Source: a virus. Taken from it: a stretch of DNA of 44,417 nt. This document shows, piece after piece, positions 17,553 through 26,394 of this stretch. Numbering within the stretch: position 1 is the stretch's first letter; every line of letters starts with the position of its first letter. The notes below the pieces were generated by a model, which made no database searches, was not told the origin of the DNA, and was given only the letters and a program-made list of their open reading frames with translations. Both the position numbers and the translations under genes were made by a program. The stretch spans positions 1-44,417 of IMG/VR virus record IMGVR_UViG_3300037424_000618; one strand, 5' to 3'.

Positions 17553-20500
17553 ATGGCTACATTTAATGGAATACCAGTGGAAGACGAGAAAGCCGTCGAG
17601 GCAGGGGTAGATACCTCGGCCAGACCTGTATTCGCGGGTGCAGAAGCAGAGGTTCCTATGTTTTCTGGTATTGACGAGGAAACATATCAGGAACGAGAGA
17701 GAACAAAAGCTCGGGAATTTATCATGCAACTCCCTCCAATTGTCCCGGCGGAGAAACCTCAAGGGGAGTTCGCTGCGGACCCTTCTACCCCCATGCAGCA
17801 GATACAAGAACCTATGCGAACTCCGGTAGGTCAGCAAGTTTCTGCTACTGCTGGTGCCCCTGCTTTTCCTGGTATAAAGGAAGAGCCGCAGCCGATTGGC
17901 ACTCCACAAAAAGCGCATCAAGTTACTGTGGCAGAAGCAATAGGGGCTGTGCCACAAACGGCTGCTGGTATAATTCAACAGGCTTCTGCTGGTTTGGCTG
18001 AATCCGCGGTAGCACTGCAGCAAGTACTTCCAGGGAAATATGTAGTTGCGGCTGTGAATTCCCTTGCATCCCTGCTGGCGGGGGAGGGGACTTCTGGGTG
18101 GGAAGATACCCTACAACGATTTTCTGCTAGCGATAAGCGTATACTCGAGCGCCAAGGGCAAATGTATGAAGCCGGTGAGCAAAGGATGCGAGAAGCCCTT
18201 CCGGAGGGTGAAATGGGCTTATTCGCTCGGTCCGTACTTTCTGCGGGTTCTTCTCTTGCCACGGCTCTTCCGCTTCTGGCCGCTGGTCTTCTTACGAAGA
18301 ATCCCGCAGTAGTGGCCCCAGCCTTTGGGGTTATTGAGTATGCTAAGGGGCATGCAGACTCCTTTGCCCAGGATGGGAATTACCTTAAAGCTACTAGCCA
18401 TGGTTTGGTTTCAGGATTAGCTGAATGGGGAACGTCAGCACTCCCAGTCAAGTGGCTCTTTGCTAATGACGTTGGGTTCAAGAAGCGACTGATAAATTTT
18501 GCCCTCGCGGAAATTCCTGGGGAGAACGTGGCGGAGCTGACGCAAAAAGTTTCTAGGTACATTCATGACCTGCCGGAGGATATGTCAGCTGAAGCCTTCT
18601 TGAACACAATGGCTGAGACTACACTCTCTACCATGATGGCCGGCGGGGTTCAGATGGGGACCATGGTTGGGGTGGAAAAGGCTGTTGATGCTGTTGCCCA
18701 GCAAAGGAATAAGAAAATCATTGAGAAGTTTGGTAAGGATGAATCAATGCAGCTTTTGCAATCCCTGCTTCTTACTGATATGGATTACAAGAGTGCGGAA
18801 AAGCTGATAAATGAAATCAATGAAAGGCCTGATGTAGACATAGGCCCTCACTTCTTTGGCGTTAATATTCAGAAGGGAGAGAATGTAGCTGACTTTGATT
18901 TATTTTCTGACAAGGCTGTTGCCTCTTTCCCCCGCGATAAGATGTTTTCTCCTTTCGATTTGAAAGCTACTCCAGCTCAATCGGAAAGGCTGCTGCGAGA
19001 GCAGACTGATGCTATTAGTGGCTTGCCCTTCTCTGACCCAAGGGTAGAGCGGAAGCCGGGGGAGGTAAAGGTAGCGGAGTTTAGTCAGGCTCGAAAGCAG
19101 GTTGACATGTATGACGAGCGGATTGTTGGGATAAAGGATGCTATTGATGTTGCTACAGACCCAGCTGATAAAGAGGCAATGCTTCGATTGCTGAAGGAGA
19201 CTAATCAGGCAAGGCGGGTTGCCAAGGAATTACTTGACCATGATAAGGACATTATGACTAATATTGCCTCCATCATGCAGGAATGGGTTAAGACTTACAT
19301 GCCTGCAGGAAAGCTGATATTGTATCCGCTGGAAATGGAAGGAGCCACTACCCGCGGGCACCACTATGTCCTTGATGATGGCACGTTGATTGTTGGCCTT
19401 AACCGTGATGCATTCGTGGATTCAGCTTCGTCCAAGCGTCTGAATAGGCCTGCTTTGGTGGAGGTAGCTGGGCATGAGTTTGGCCATGCGCTGGTTTCCC
19501 ATTATTGGGAGAAGTTGCCTGATACCACCAAGAACGCTATTTATAAGGAATATAAAGATTGGCTGTTGAAGGCAAGGAAAGTTACTACTTTGGATGAGCT
19601 GTGGAGACACAGGAATACCCCGTCTTTAGTTCAGGGAGAAGCTCGCTTTGGCGGCCGGTCGAAGGCAATATTGGATACGCCAACTCGCCGCGGAGGGAAG
19701 CGGGCAGAAGGTCCATATCAAGACGTTGTCTCCAACCTCATACGGCAGCAGATGAATACCCCAGAGGGTAAGCGAGAATTAAGTGCCCAGGAATATATCT
19801 ATTCCTTCGACGAGTTCATGGCGAACAATATCGCAAAGGCGCTTACAAAAAGCAAAAAAGGCCTTTCGCCTGTTGAGGTCCATTATGCAAGGACAGCGGA
19901 ACTGTTAAAGCGCTTCTGGCAGAGATTTGGAAATACCTGGGCTCCCAAGCAATCTGTGGAGGCCTGGCTGGAAATGCTGGCGCTGGATAAGCAAATTGAT
20001 AACACAATCCAGCAGCTGGAAGCAAAGGGGGTCGAGGTACAAAGGGGGGATTTGAATAAGCCGGAAGTGATAATGTCTAAGGTGCTGGACAAGCTTGACC
20101 TTCCGGTAGGACTTAAGAAGGAGGTAAGAAGTGGGCTGGATAATTATGGCCGCGTGATGAAGTATGGATATACATTATTGCAACTTGCGGAAGCAAATCC
20201 AACAAACTCGGGTTTGCAGCAATATGTCCGAGCGGTAAAGGAATGGGCGAATCTGAAATCCTCCTGGAACTTTATCACCAATGAGGTGCTGAATGACTGG
20301 AATGGGTTAGGGAAGGACCAGGCAGAGAGGTTGAGTAAATATCTCCTGGCTACCGCAAAGGAATCTATTAAGAAGCAAAGAGCCCTTACACCTTCCGAGC
20401 TTTCAGAGATTGACAACTGGAAGGCACATCAACTAAGTGATGATGCCCTTACGGTGTTTGATTCTGTTCAAGGAATGTTCAAGGATGCCCTGGGTTTTGA

Positions 20501-22832
20501 TATGCAGAACCCTGGAGGGATTTACAAAGTTCTTCTGGATAATATTAAAAAGGAGTTTAAGGATGCACCCACGGCTGCGATGGCTCAAATTGAAGAACTG
20601 AACAAGGAAATGCAGACCCTGGCCAATCGGACGTATTTCCCCTTTAGCCGTTTCGGGAAATTCACCGTGATGGTAAGGGCGCTGGAAGACGTTACCATTG
20701 ATGGGACTGCGTATAAGACTGGCGAGGTCATTGACTTTCGCACAGTGGAAACGCAGAAAGAGCAAAAGCAACTGCACCGGGAACTTACGCGGAACTATCC
20801 CAAGCATCGGGTAAGCGCAAGGAAGATGAGTGATGAAGCCTTTTCCTTCCGAGGTCTTCCGCCGCAGATAATCCAGCGGTTGAGGAGTAAGATGGACTTG
20901 AGCCCAGAGCAGCAAGAGGTTCTGGATGGGATTATTTTTGAGTCGCATCCGGGACGGACCTTCCTCTCCCACCTGCAAAAGCGGCAAGGAACTCCGGGTT
21001 TTTCCGAGGATGCCATGCGGGTGTTTGCTGATTATTTCCAACACTATGCTGGGCATCTTGCGCGAGCCAGTTACTATGACCAGTTGAATGGTGGGATTCA
21101 GGCAGTAAGAACTCGTGCGGCAGATATAGCTGCTAAGGGAGGTAATGCTACCACGACGGACCTGATTGCTGAGCATCTTGAAAATCACTATGATTACATC
21201 ATGAACCCTGGAAACGAATGGGCGAATCTGCGCGCCTTTGGCTTCCTTGTCCACCTTGGGTTTAACATGAAGTCCGCTTATGTGAACTTCTTCCAGACTC
21301 CGGTCATGACGTATTCCTACCTGGCGGCAAGGAAAGAGCTAGGCGGAGGGATTGGGATTGGGGATTTAAGGGCGGTTAAGGAGATTTCGCTGGCTGCTGC
21401 TGATATTCCACAGGTTATTCTCGGGAAAAAGGATTTGACTTCTGGGGAGCAGGCCATGATTGACCAGCTTCGTGCAAATGGTATCATTGATGAATCGCTG
21501 GCTACAGAAGTGGCGGCTGCGGCAGAAGGTGGGATTCTTTCCAGATACCTTCCGGGGACATTCTTGAAGTCGAAGAATCTGGCCTTTACCGTCCGGCGGG
21601 TAAGCTCCATGGCGGCTGTTCCGTTTCAACTTATTGAACAGTATAACCGCCGTATTACTGCCTTGGCTACGTATCGGCTGGCAATCAAGGCAGGGATGGA
21701 CCAGGAGACAGCGGTACAAGAAGCACACACTGCTATAGAGAAAACGCAGTTTGAATATGCTAGGTGGAATCGGCCGAGGCTATTTAGAGGGAAGCAGTCC
21801 TTCATCTTCCTGTTCTATAGCCATCTGCAGAACAGCTTGCATTTCTTCCGGCATGACCCAGGCGGCGCCCGAGCTCTCCTGATGACTGTGTTCCTTGCAG
21901 GCCTTAGTGGGTTGCCTGGGGCTGAAGATATCATGGACTTGTTTGACCTGATTGCTAACTGGTATAACAAGCACTTTGGCACAAAGGACGTTAAGACTGA
22001 TATCAGGCAAGATATAAGGAAATTTTCAGTTGACCTTGGAATGAATCCTGATTTAATCATGCATGGAACCTCGAGGCATTATGGCTTAGGTCCGCTGCAT
22101 GCGTTGGAACTAACAGGGCTTCCTGTTCCGAACGTGGATATTTCAGGCTCACTCTCCTATGGGCGGGTGGTGCCGGGATTGCAGCCATTGTTAAATCCGA
22201 GGAGGGATTCTATGTCTACGTTGGGAAGAGCTGGGGAAGATGTACTTGGAGCTTCCGTGACTCCGTTCTTCGGTCTGTATGATATGATTGCAGGGGATAA
22301 TCCTGACACGTGGAAAGCCTCGGAAAAAATGATGTTCACCTTCATGGCTAATCTGTCGAAGTCAGCACGGTGGGCTGTACGCGGGGAGGAGACGGATAGG
22401 ACTGGAGCAAGGATAGTTGAGTTCGATGTTACAGACCCGAGGCATCTGGCGGAGATTGCAGCAAATGCGCTTGGCTTTGCTCCAACAAGATTGCGGATGG
22501 CCCAGGAAGGAAATTGGCAAAAGGCGGAGACTTTGGAATACTATCTGACCAGAAGGGAGATGATTCTCAGGGCGTTTAATCTTGCTAAGAAAGCCAGGGA
22601 CCCTGAGGCGGTTGCTGATGCCAAGGATGCGGTGAGGAGGTTTAATCGGTCAGTCCCGGATAGGACATTAAGGATTACCGGGGAGAATCTGGCGGATAGC
22701 TATATGTCGTACAGGAAGGGAATCAAGATGGTGGAAAGAGGATTTCCTCGACAGCCAAAGTATAGAGGGATTTATCGAGACTTGGCTGATATCTATCCAC
22801 AGTATGAATTCAGCGAAGAAGAGGAGGATTAA
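17553..22832 (+). CDS. Giant internal virion / DNA-ejection protein (1759 aa) with HExxH zincin motif and PLxRFG-like motif
   Basis: HEFGH at 19473-19487 (residue 641); PFSRFG at 20640-20657; last gene of the late block, size and position like podoviral core proteins. Confidence 0.6.
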   Translation: MATFNGIPVEDEKAVEAGVDTSARPVFAGAEAEVPMFSGIDEETYQERERTKAREFIMQLPPIVPAEKPQGEFAADPSTPMQQIQEPMRTPVGQQVSATAGAPAFPGIKEEPQPIGTPQKAHQVTVAEAIGAVPQTAAGIIQQASAGLAESAVALQQVLPGKYVVAAVNSLASLLAGEGTSGWEDTLQRFSASDKRILERQGQMYEAGEQRMREALPEGEMGLFARSVLSAGSSLATALPLLAAGLLTKNPAVVAPAFGVIEYAKGHADSFAQDGNYLKATSHGLVSGLAEWGTSALPVKWLFANDVGFKKRLINFALAEIPGENVAELTQKVSRYIHDLPEDMSAEAFLNTMAETTLSTMMAGGVQMGTMVGVEKAVDAVAQQRNKKIIEKFGKDESMQLLQSLLLTDMDYKSAEKLINEINERPDVDIGPHFFGVNIQKGENVADFDLFSDKAVASFPRDKMFSPFDLKATPAQSERLLREQTDAISGLPFSDPRVERKPGEVKVAEFSQARKQVDMYDERIVGIKDAIDVATDPADKEAMLRLLKETNQARRVAKELLDHDKDIMTNIASIMQEWVKTYMPAGKLILYPLEMEGATTRGHHYVLDDGTLIVGLNRDAFVDSASSKRLNRPALVEVAGHEFGHALVSHYWEKLPDTTKNAIYKEYKDWLLKARKVTTLDELWRHRNTPSLVQGEARFGGRSKAILDTPTRRGGKRAEGPYQDVVSNLIRQQMNTPEGKRELSAQEYIYSFDEFMANNIAKALTKSKKGLSPVEVHYARTAELLKRFWQRFGNTWAPKQSVEAWLEMLALDKQIDNTIQQLEAKGVEVQRGDLNKPEVIMSKVLDKLDLPVGLKKEVRSGLDNYGRVMKYGYTLLQLAEANPTNSGLQQYVRAVKEWANLKSSWNFITNEVLNDWNGLGKDQAERLSKYLLATAKESIKKQRALTPSELSEIDNWKAHQLSDDALTVFDSVQGMFKDALGFDMQNPGGIYKVLLDNIKKEFKDAPTAAMAQIEELNKEMQTLANRTYFPFSRFGKFTVMVRALEDVTIDGTAYKTGEVIDFRTVETQKEQKQLHRELTRNYPKHRVSARKMSDEAFSFRGLPPQIIQRLRSKMDLSPEQQEVLDGIIFESHPGRTFLSHLQKRQGTPGFSEDAMRVFADYFQHYAGHLARASYYDQLNGGIQAVRTRAADIAAKGGNATTTDLIAEHLENHYDYIMNPGNEWANLRAFGFLVHLGFNMKSAYVNFFQTPVMTYSYLAARKELGGGIGIGDLRAVKEISLAAADIPQVILGKKDLTSGEQAMIDQLRANGIIDESLATEVAAAAEGGILSRYLPGTFLKSKNLAFTVRRVSSMAAVPFQLIEQYNRRITALATYRLAIKAGMDQETAVQEAHTAIEKTQFEYARWNRPRLFRGKQSFIFLFYSHLQNSLHFFRHDPGGARALLMTVFLAGLSGLPGAEDIMDLFDLIANWYNKHFGTKDVKTDIRQDIRKFSVDLGMNPDLIMHGTSRHYGLGPLHALELTGLPVPNVDISGSLSYGRVVPGLQPLLNPRRDSMSTLGRAGEDVLGASVTPFFGLYDMIAGDNPDTWKASEKMMFTFMANLSKSARWAVRGEETDRTGARIVEFDVTDPRHLAEIAANALGFAPTRLRMAQEGNWQKAETLEYYLTRREMILRAFNLAKKARDPEAVADAKDAVRRFNRSVPDRTLRITGENLADSYMSYRKGIKMVERGFPRQPKYRGIYRDLADIYPQYEFSEEEED

Positions 22833-22834
22833 GG

Positions 22835-22862
22835 GAGAGGGGCTTAGGCCCCTTTCTTTTTA
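22835..22862 (+). terminator. Rho-independent terminator at the convergence point of the two gene blocks
   Basis: GAGAGGGGC-TTAG-GCCCCTTTC hairpin followed by TTTTTAT on the plus strand; the stop codon of the minus-strand ORF 22860..23054 abuts it. Confidence 0.8.
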
Positions 22863-23054
22863 TACTAGTTTCCAGCCCTTCCCGGTATGTTGGTAGATAA
22901 CTGCTTCTTCTGCGAGGTCACTGGCTTTAGGGGCAACGCACTTAGTATACTCAATCGTATGCAGAGATTCTATTATCCGCAACTTAATAGTAGGGCCTTC
23001 GCTTCTATAGTACTCCCCTCGATGTGGGCCATTCAGTACATATCCACAATACAT
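22860..23054 (-). CDS. Hypothetical protein (64 aa), last gene of the minus-strand block
   Basis: AGGAGAT SD 8 nt upstream of the ATG. Confidence 0.5.
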   Translation of the reverse strand: MYCGYVLNGPHRGEYYRSEGPTIKLRIIESLHTIEYTKCVAPKASDLAEEAVIYQHTGKGWKLV

Positions 23055-23079
23055 AGCTGATTATCTCCTGTCAGTGATA

Positions 23080-23235
23080 GGGGGTGGCCGCGTGTGGGGC
23101 CGTATGGCGGGCCGTGGTATGGGGGGCGCATGGGTACTACCGGCCCGGTGCCGTTTGTGGATTGGCGGGCCGTTGTGGGCCGCGTGACGTGGCATCCTTT
23201 CCCGTATCTAGCCCCGTTTCCGGCCCGTCCCCGGT
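23080..23235. repeat. GC-rich noncoding island with short direct and inverted repeats
   Basis: TGGCGGGCCGT at 23105-23115 and 23163-23173; GGCCGCGTG at 23086-23094 and 23178-23186; CCGGCCCG at 23140-23147 and 23220-23227; no ORF with a plausible SD. Confidence 0.7.
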
Positions 23236-23272
23236 GAATCCACCCATTCCCCCATAAACCATGTGGTTATTC

Positions 23273-23683
23273 TCATGTCAGTTTCCTGAATGCCGCCAGC
23301 GCTTCCTGCCGCCCTATTTTCTCTCCGGTAAGTTCCTTTGTTTTTTCCACATACATCTCTATCCACATGTTGATAGCTTGGCGGTAGATGTAATTTCTCA
23401 AAGTGCTTCCGGCCGGGATTCTGTAATATGTTCCATCCGCTTTAAGTTCCTTTTCTGCTCGCACGAGATAAAGCTCGAACATTCTCTTAGCATTCTTGCA
23501 TGTTCCGTTGCATCGAGTTTCCCCGCTTCGCAGTCTGGCTCGCTGTGAATTGACAGAGCGCTTATCAACGCCAAGCCGATTAGCAAGAATAGAAGCACGA
23601 ATGTTACTGGTAGTAGATATAAAAGTATCCTCACAGCAAAATCCCTCCGCTTGGGCTAAGTCACACATGAGGTGCTGAGACAT
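23273..23683 (-). CDS. Putative DNA-binding protein (HTH-like), 136 aa
   Basis: ATG 23683 one base after the upstream stop, AAGGGGAAA SD; segment NIRASILANRLGVDKRSVNSQRARL looks like a helix-turn-helix. Confidence 0.45.
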   Translation of the reverse strand: MSQHLMCDLAQAEGFCCEDTFISTTSNIRASILANRLGVDKRSVNSQRARLRSGETRCNGTCKNAKRMFELYLVRAEKELKADGTYYRIPAGSTLRNYIYRQAINMWIEMYVEKTKELTGEKIGRQEALAAFRKLT

Positions 23684-23684
23684 A

Positions 23685-24905
23685 CTATTTCCCCTTAATT
23701 GGTTCCAGATAAATAGTCCCGTTCTTGTTTGTCTGGCGGACGAAGCCAGCAAGAATGCAGGACTCGATGATAGCTTGGAAATCTTTGAACTTGATGCGGG
23801 TGAAGAGCTGGCGATAGACTTCCACGCGCTCCGTAGGCCCTCGGTTGTTAAGGTAGCGGATTAAGGTATCCGTGTCTCTGGAATCATCTGTCTTACCGAT
23901 GTTAGCAAAGACCTTAGGCATATCATGCTCGAGGATGGAGATAAGGGAGTTTGCATTTTCCAAATCTTTCTTTTCCAAAATGAGTGCATTCTTATGGGCG
24001 GCGGATAGAATCATTGCGAGCTTATGGATATGGGTTTGCTTACGGGCTAGGTAGCCTGCGAATCTTTCGTTGTCCAGATGGGCCGGACGTTTTGCATAAT
24101 GTTCCTCATACCACGTTTCTCCCCAATCTTCCGCTTCTTGTGATAGGGTGAATTCCCCTGCCATGGATGTTGAAATTATTTCCAGGTCATGCACAAGCCT
24201 ACGCCCAAATTCCTCGAAGTCCTTTGGAAGGTGTTTCTTTGGGTAGGCTACCAGCTGGCGTTTCTTCTCCGCGTAGACAAAAACGGTGCGGGAGGTGAAC
24301 CCGCCGCCAATCATATATTCTGGAAAGTTCCCCGCAATCCAGTCAGGTGTGGTACAGGCGATGATATTAATCCAGGGGTTTTCGATACTATCATTCCCTT
24401 GGGTCTTCGTCGCCTTTGACCATGCTCCGACCTGCCCATCCCAGAGAGACACAAGCACGTCCACCATCTCCCTGTCATTCGGATTCAGGAATGTCCCGAA
24501 CTCGGAGGAGACGATGGTAATAGCTGACATGGAAAAATATTCCTCCCGGCCCGGGACTTCAAATAGTTCTGTTGACTGAGCAAGGGATTGTGCAAGAGCC
24601 TGCCATGTTACAGCATCCGGCCCAAACTTAATCCCCCCGACTTGGCGAAGCAAGCGCATACCGATAGACGCCGTGGTGGACTTGGATACGATTCCAGGTG
24701 GGGCCACGAACACGATGTAAAAGTTCGGTGTCCACTGGAAATATCCCTGGTCTATCCACACCTTACGGCGCAAGGCTCCGGCTAATACTGAAATTCCAGT
24801 CCAGAAATGGAATTTATCTGGGGCTTCTGAATGCCTGGAGTATTCCATGTACGCGCTCAGCCAGTCGTTAAAATACCGACCTTCTGAATTGAGCTCGTCG
24901 CTCAT
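23685..24905 (-). CDS. P-loop NTPase, DUF3987-like (putative replicative helicase/primase-associated)
   Basis: AGGAGAG SD; VFVAPPGIVSKSTTAS deviant Walker A as in DUF3987-type proteins; C-terminal winged-helix-like tail; position in the replication block. Confidence 0.45.
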   Translation of the reverse strand: MSDELNSEGRYFNDWLSAYMEYSRHSEAPDKFHFWTGISVLAGALRRKVWIDQGYFQWTPNFYIVFVAPPGIVSKSTTASIGMRLLRQVGGIKFGPDAVTWQALAQSLAQSTELFEVPGREEYFSMSAITIVSSEFGTFLNPNDREMVDVLVSLWDGQVGAWSKATKTQGNDSIENPWINIIACTTPDWIAGNFPEYMIGGGFTSRTVFVYAEKKRQLVAYPKKHLPKDFEEFGRRLVHDLEIISTSMAGEFTLSQEAEDWGETWYEEHYAKRPAHLDNERFAGYLARKQTHIHKLAMILSAAHKNALILEKKDLENANSLISILEHDMPKVFANIGKTDDSRDTDTLIRYLNNRGPTERVEVYRQLFTRIKFKDFQAIIESCILAGFVRQTNKNGTIYLEPIKGK

Positions 24906-24914
24906 AACGCTCTC

Positions 24915-25475
24915 CTACTTCAAGTCTGCCCAACCCATGTACAGGGGTTCTGCGTGGTGTGGGAGAGTCTGGGAATAGGCAAGCTCGTCGGAAAGTCCTA
25001 CGGAATCCTTCCAGCCGGGAAGCTGAAGTACGATGATTCCCCTGGAACCCGTAAGCATGGCAAGAGCATAATCTTTCCAGAAAGAATAATCCTTGGGAAG
25101 GTCGTGTGCGTGGGCGAGCTCGTGGCAATGCAGGATGGGAGAGAAGACGTGGACTCCGGAATTGAGAAGCTTGGCCACTGCCTTCATTGCGTAGCGAGCT
25201 CGTTCGTGCTGAACTTCAGGGTCAGGAGAAGAGTAGGGCTGGCCGAGGTAAAAGTAGTTACCAGTAGCAGATTGCACGGAATCTTTCAGTTGTTTCTGCA
25301 ACTTATCAATCTTATCATCACGCTGCTGGATGGTCATTTGGTAGTGCTGGAGTGTGCGCTGGAGATTTATTACCTCGTTTCCAGACAAGGTGGAACAAGC
25401 AAATTGCCCAAGGAATGGGGTGCAGAAATACCGCGCTTCCTCAATTTTTTCAGTGAGTGTTTTTTCTTCGCACAT
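24915..25475 (-). CDS. DUF1937-like domain protein with N-terminal coiled coil
   Basis: GAGGTGG SD; C-terminal half FYLGQPYSSPDPEVQHERARYAMKAVAKLLNSGVHVFSPILHCH...GIIVLQLPGWKDSVGLSDE matches my recollection of the DUF1937 pattern (ASPYS...FSPI.H...GW..S.G). Confidence 0.5.
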   Translation of the reverse strand: MCEEKTLTEKIEEARYFCTPFLGQFACSTLSGNEVINLQRTLQHYQMTIQQRDDKIDKLQKQLKDSVQSATGNYFYLGQPYSSPDPEVQHERARYAMKAVAKLLNSGVHVFSPILHCHELAHAHDLPKDYSFWKDYALAMLTGSRGIIVLQLPGWKDSVGLSDELAYSQTLPHHAEPLYMGWADLK

Positions 25476-25515
25476 GATACCACCTCATTTAATGTGATAG
25501 AATTACTTGCAATAA

Positions 25516-26316
25516 TCAAGCAGCCAACGCCTTCCAGATAGGCTGATTGAAGTAAGGACTACTCTTGTCGGTGATGGTGTCCCCTTCCCAGGGAATATCA
25601 ATACATTCCCCCCAATTTTTTCTAGAGACTGAGAGGCCGATGGGAATAGTGAGAGGGTCTTCGTAAGGAATAACTATCTCGAGATTCTTGCGAAGCTCTG
25701 CCCGGCGTTCGAGGAATCCAGCTATCTTTGTCTGGTAAACCACGGAGTCATGGACTTGCATATTCATCACCGTGTCAGGGACATTAGCATCGACGTTTAG
25801 CATGCCCTTGTTGATGGCAATGGCGACAGTTGACTGCGGCGTCCAAGCAAGGGCCTGGGGCAGTGCGTGCTCAATGCGGTCGAAGAATACCTTACGAAAG
25901 CCAAACTTGTTGTAGATGGTGCGGGTAGTCATCAGGGAGTTCATGGTTCTATCATGCCAATCCTTGATTCCGGGATGGGCGGAGAACCATTTGTAGATAA
26001 AGTCCTCGGCTTCGCGCACGGTTATGCCCAGGGAGATAGCAAGTGTCCGGGCGGATACTCCGTAGTTCACAGCATGGACACCGCGCTTGGCCATCGAACG
26101 GGTGTGAGGTGTGAGCTTTTTGAATATCGCCATAGCATTTTCGTTGTGCAGGTCAGCGTCTGGGTCACGGAAGATGGCCTTGAGAATATCGTCATTTGCC
26201 TCCCAGGCTACGACTTGGGCATCCGCCTGGGCAAGGTCCGAGTCACAAATGTAGAAGCCCGGGTCAGGTATAAACATCTTCTTAACATTGGGGAGCTCGA
26301 TTGTCTTGGCTACCAT
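25516..26316 (-). CDS. DNA polymerase A, C-terminal fragment (palm/fingers motifs A, B, C)
   Basis: Own GGAGGT SD 7 nt upstream; motif A ICDSDLAQADAQVVAW, motif B RSMAKRGVHAVNYGVSAR, motif C MQVHDSVV. Confidence 0.85.
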   Translation of the reverse strand: MVAKTIELPNVKKMFIPDPGFYICDSDLAQADAQVVAWEANDDILKAIFRDPDADLHNENAMAIFKKLTPHTRSMAKRGVHAVNYGVSARTLAISLGITVREAEDFIYKWFSAHPGIKDWHDRTMNSLMTTRTIYNKFGFRKVFFDRIEHALPQALAWTPQSTVAIAINKGMLNVDANVPDTVMNMQVHDSVVYQTKIAGFLERRAELRKNLEIVIPYEDPLTIPIGLSVSRKNWGECIDIPWEGDTITDKSSPYFNQPIWKALAA

Positions 26317-26394
26317 GTCTCGACCTCCGGGATACCAGTATCACACAGTTCAAAGTAATTCATATAATTCACAGACTTTCTAGTAAGTTTCATC

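Noticed and set aside
23080-23135. G-quadruplex potential of plus-strand G tracts (GGGGG, GGGG, GGG, GGGGGG, GGG)
   Set aside because: The loops between tracts are 5-11 nt, longer than the canonical limit of 7 for most pairs. It is not strong enough to claim without a G4 predictor or experiment.
23060-23272. Short minus-strand ORFs inside the GC-rich island (22 aa with ATGA overlap to the upstream gene; 43-aa Gly/Pro-rich; 32-aa PPYHGPPYGP) and a possible frameshift joining them
   Set aside because: There is no SD, no slippery sequence that I can identify, and the frames end after a few dozen codons. The composition is explained by the GC-rich repeats themselves.
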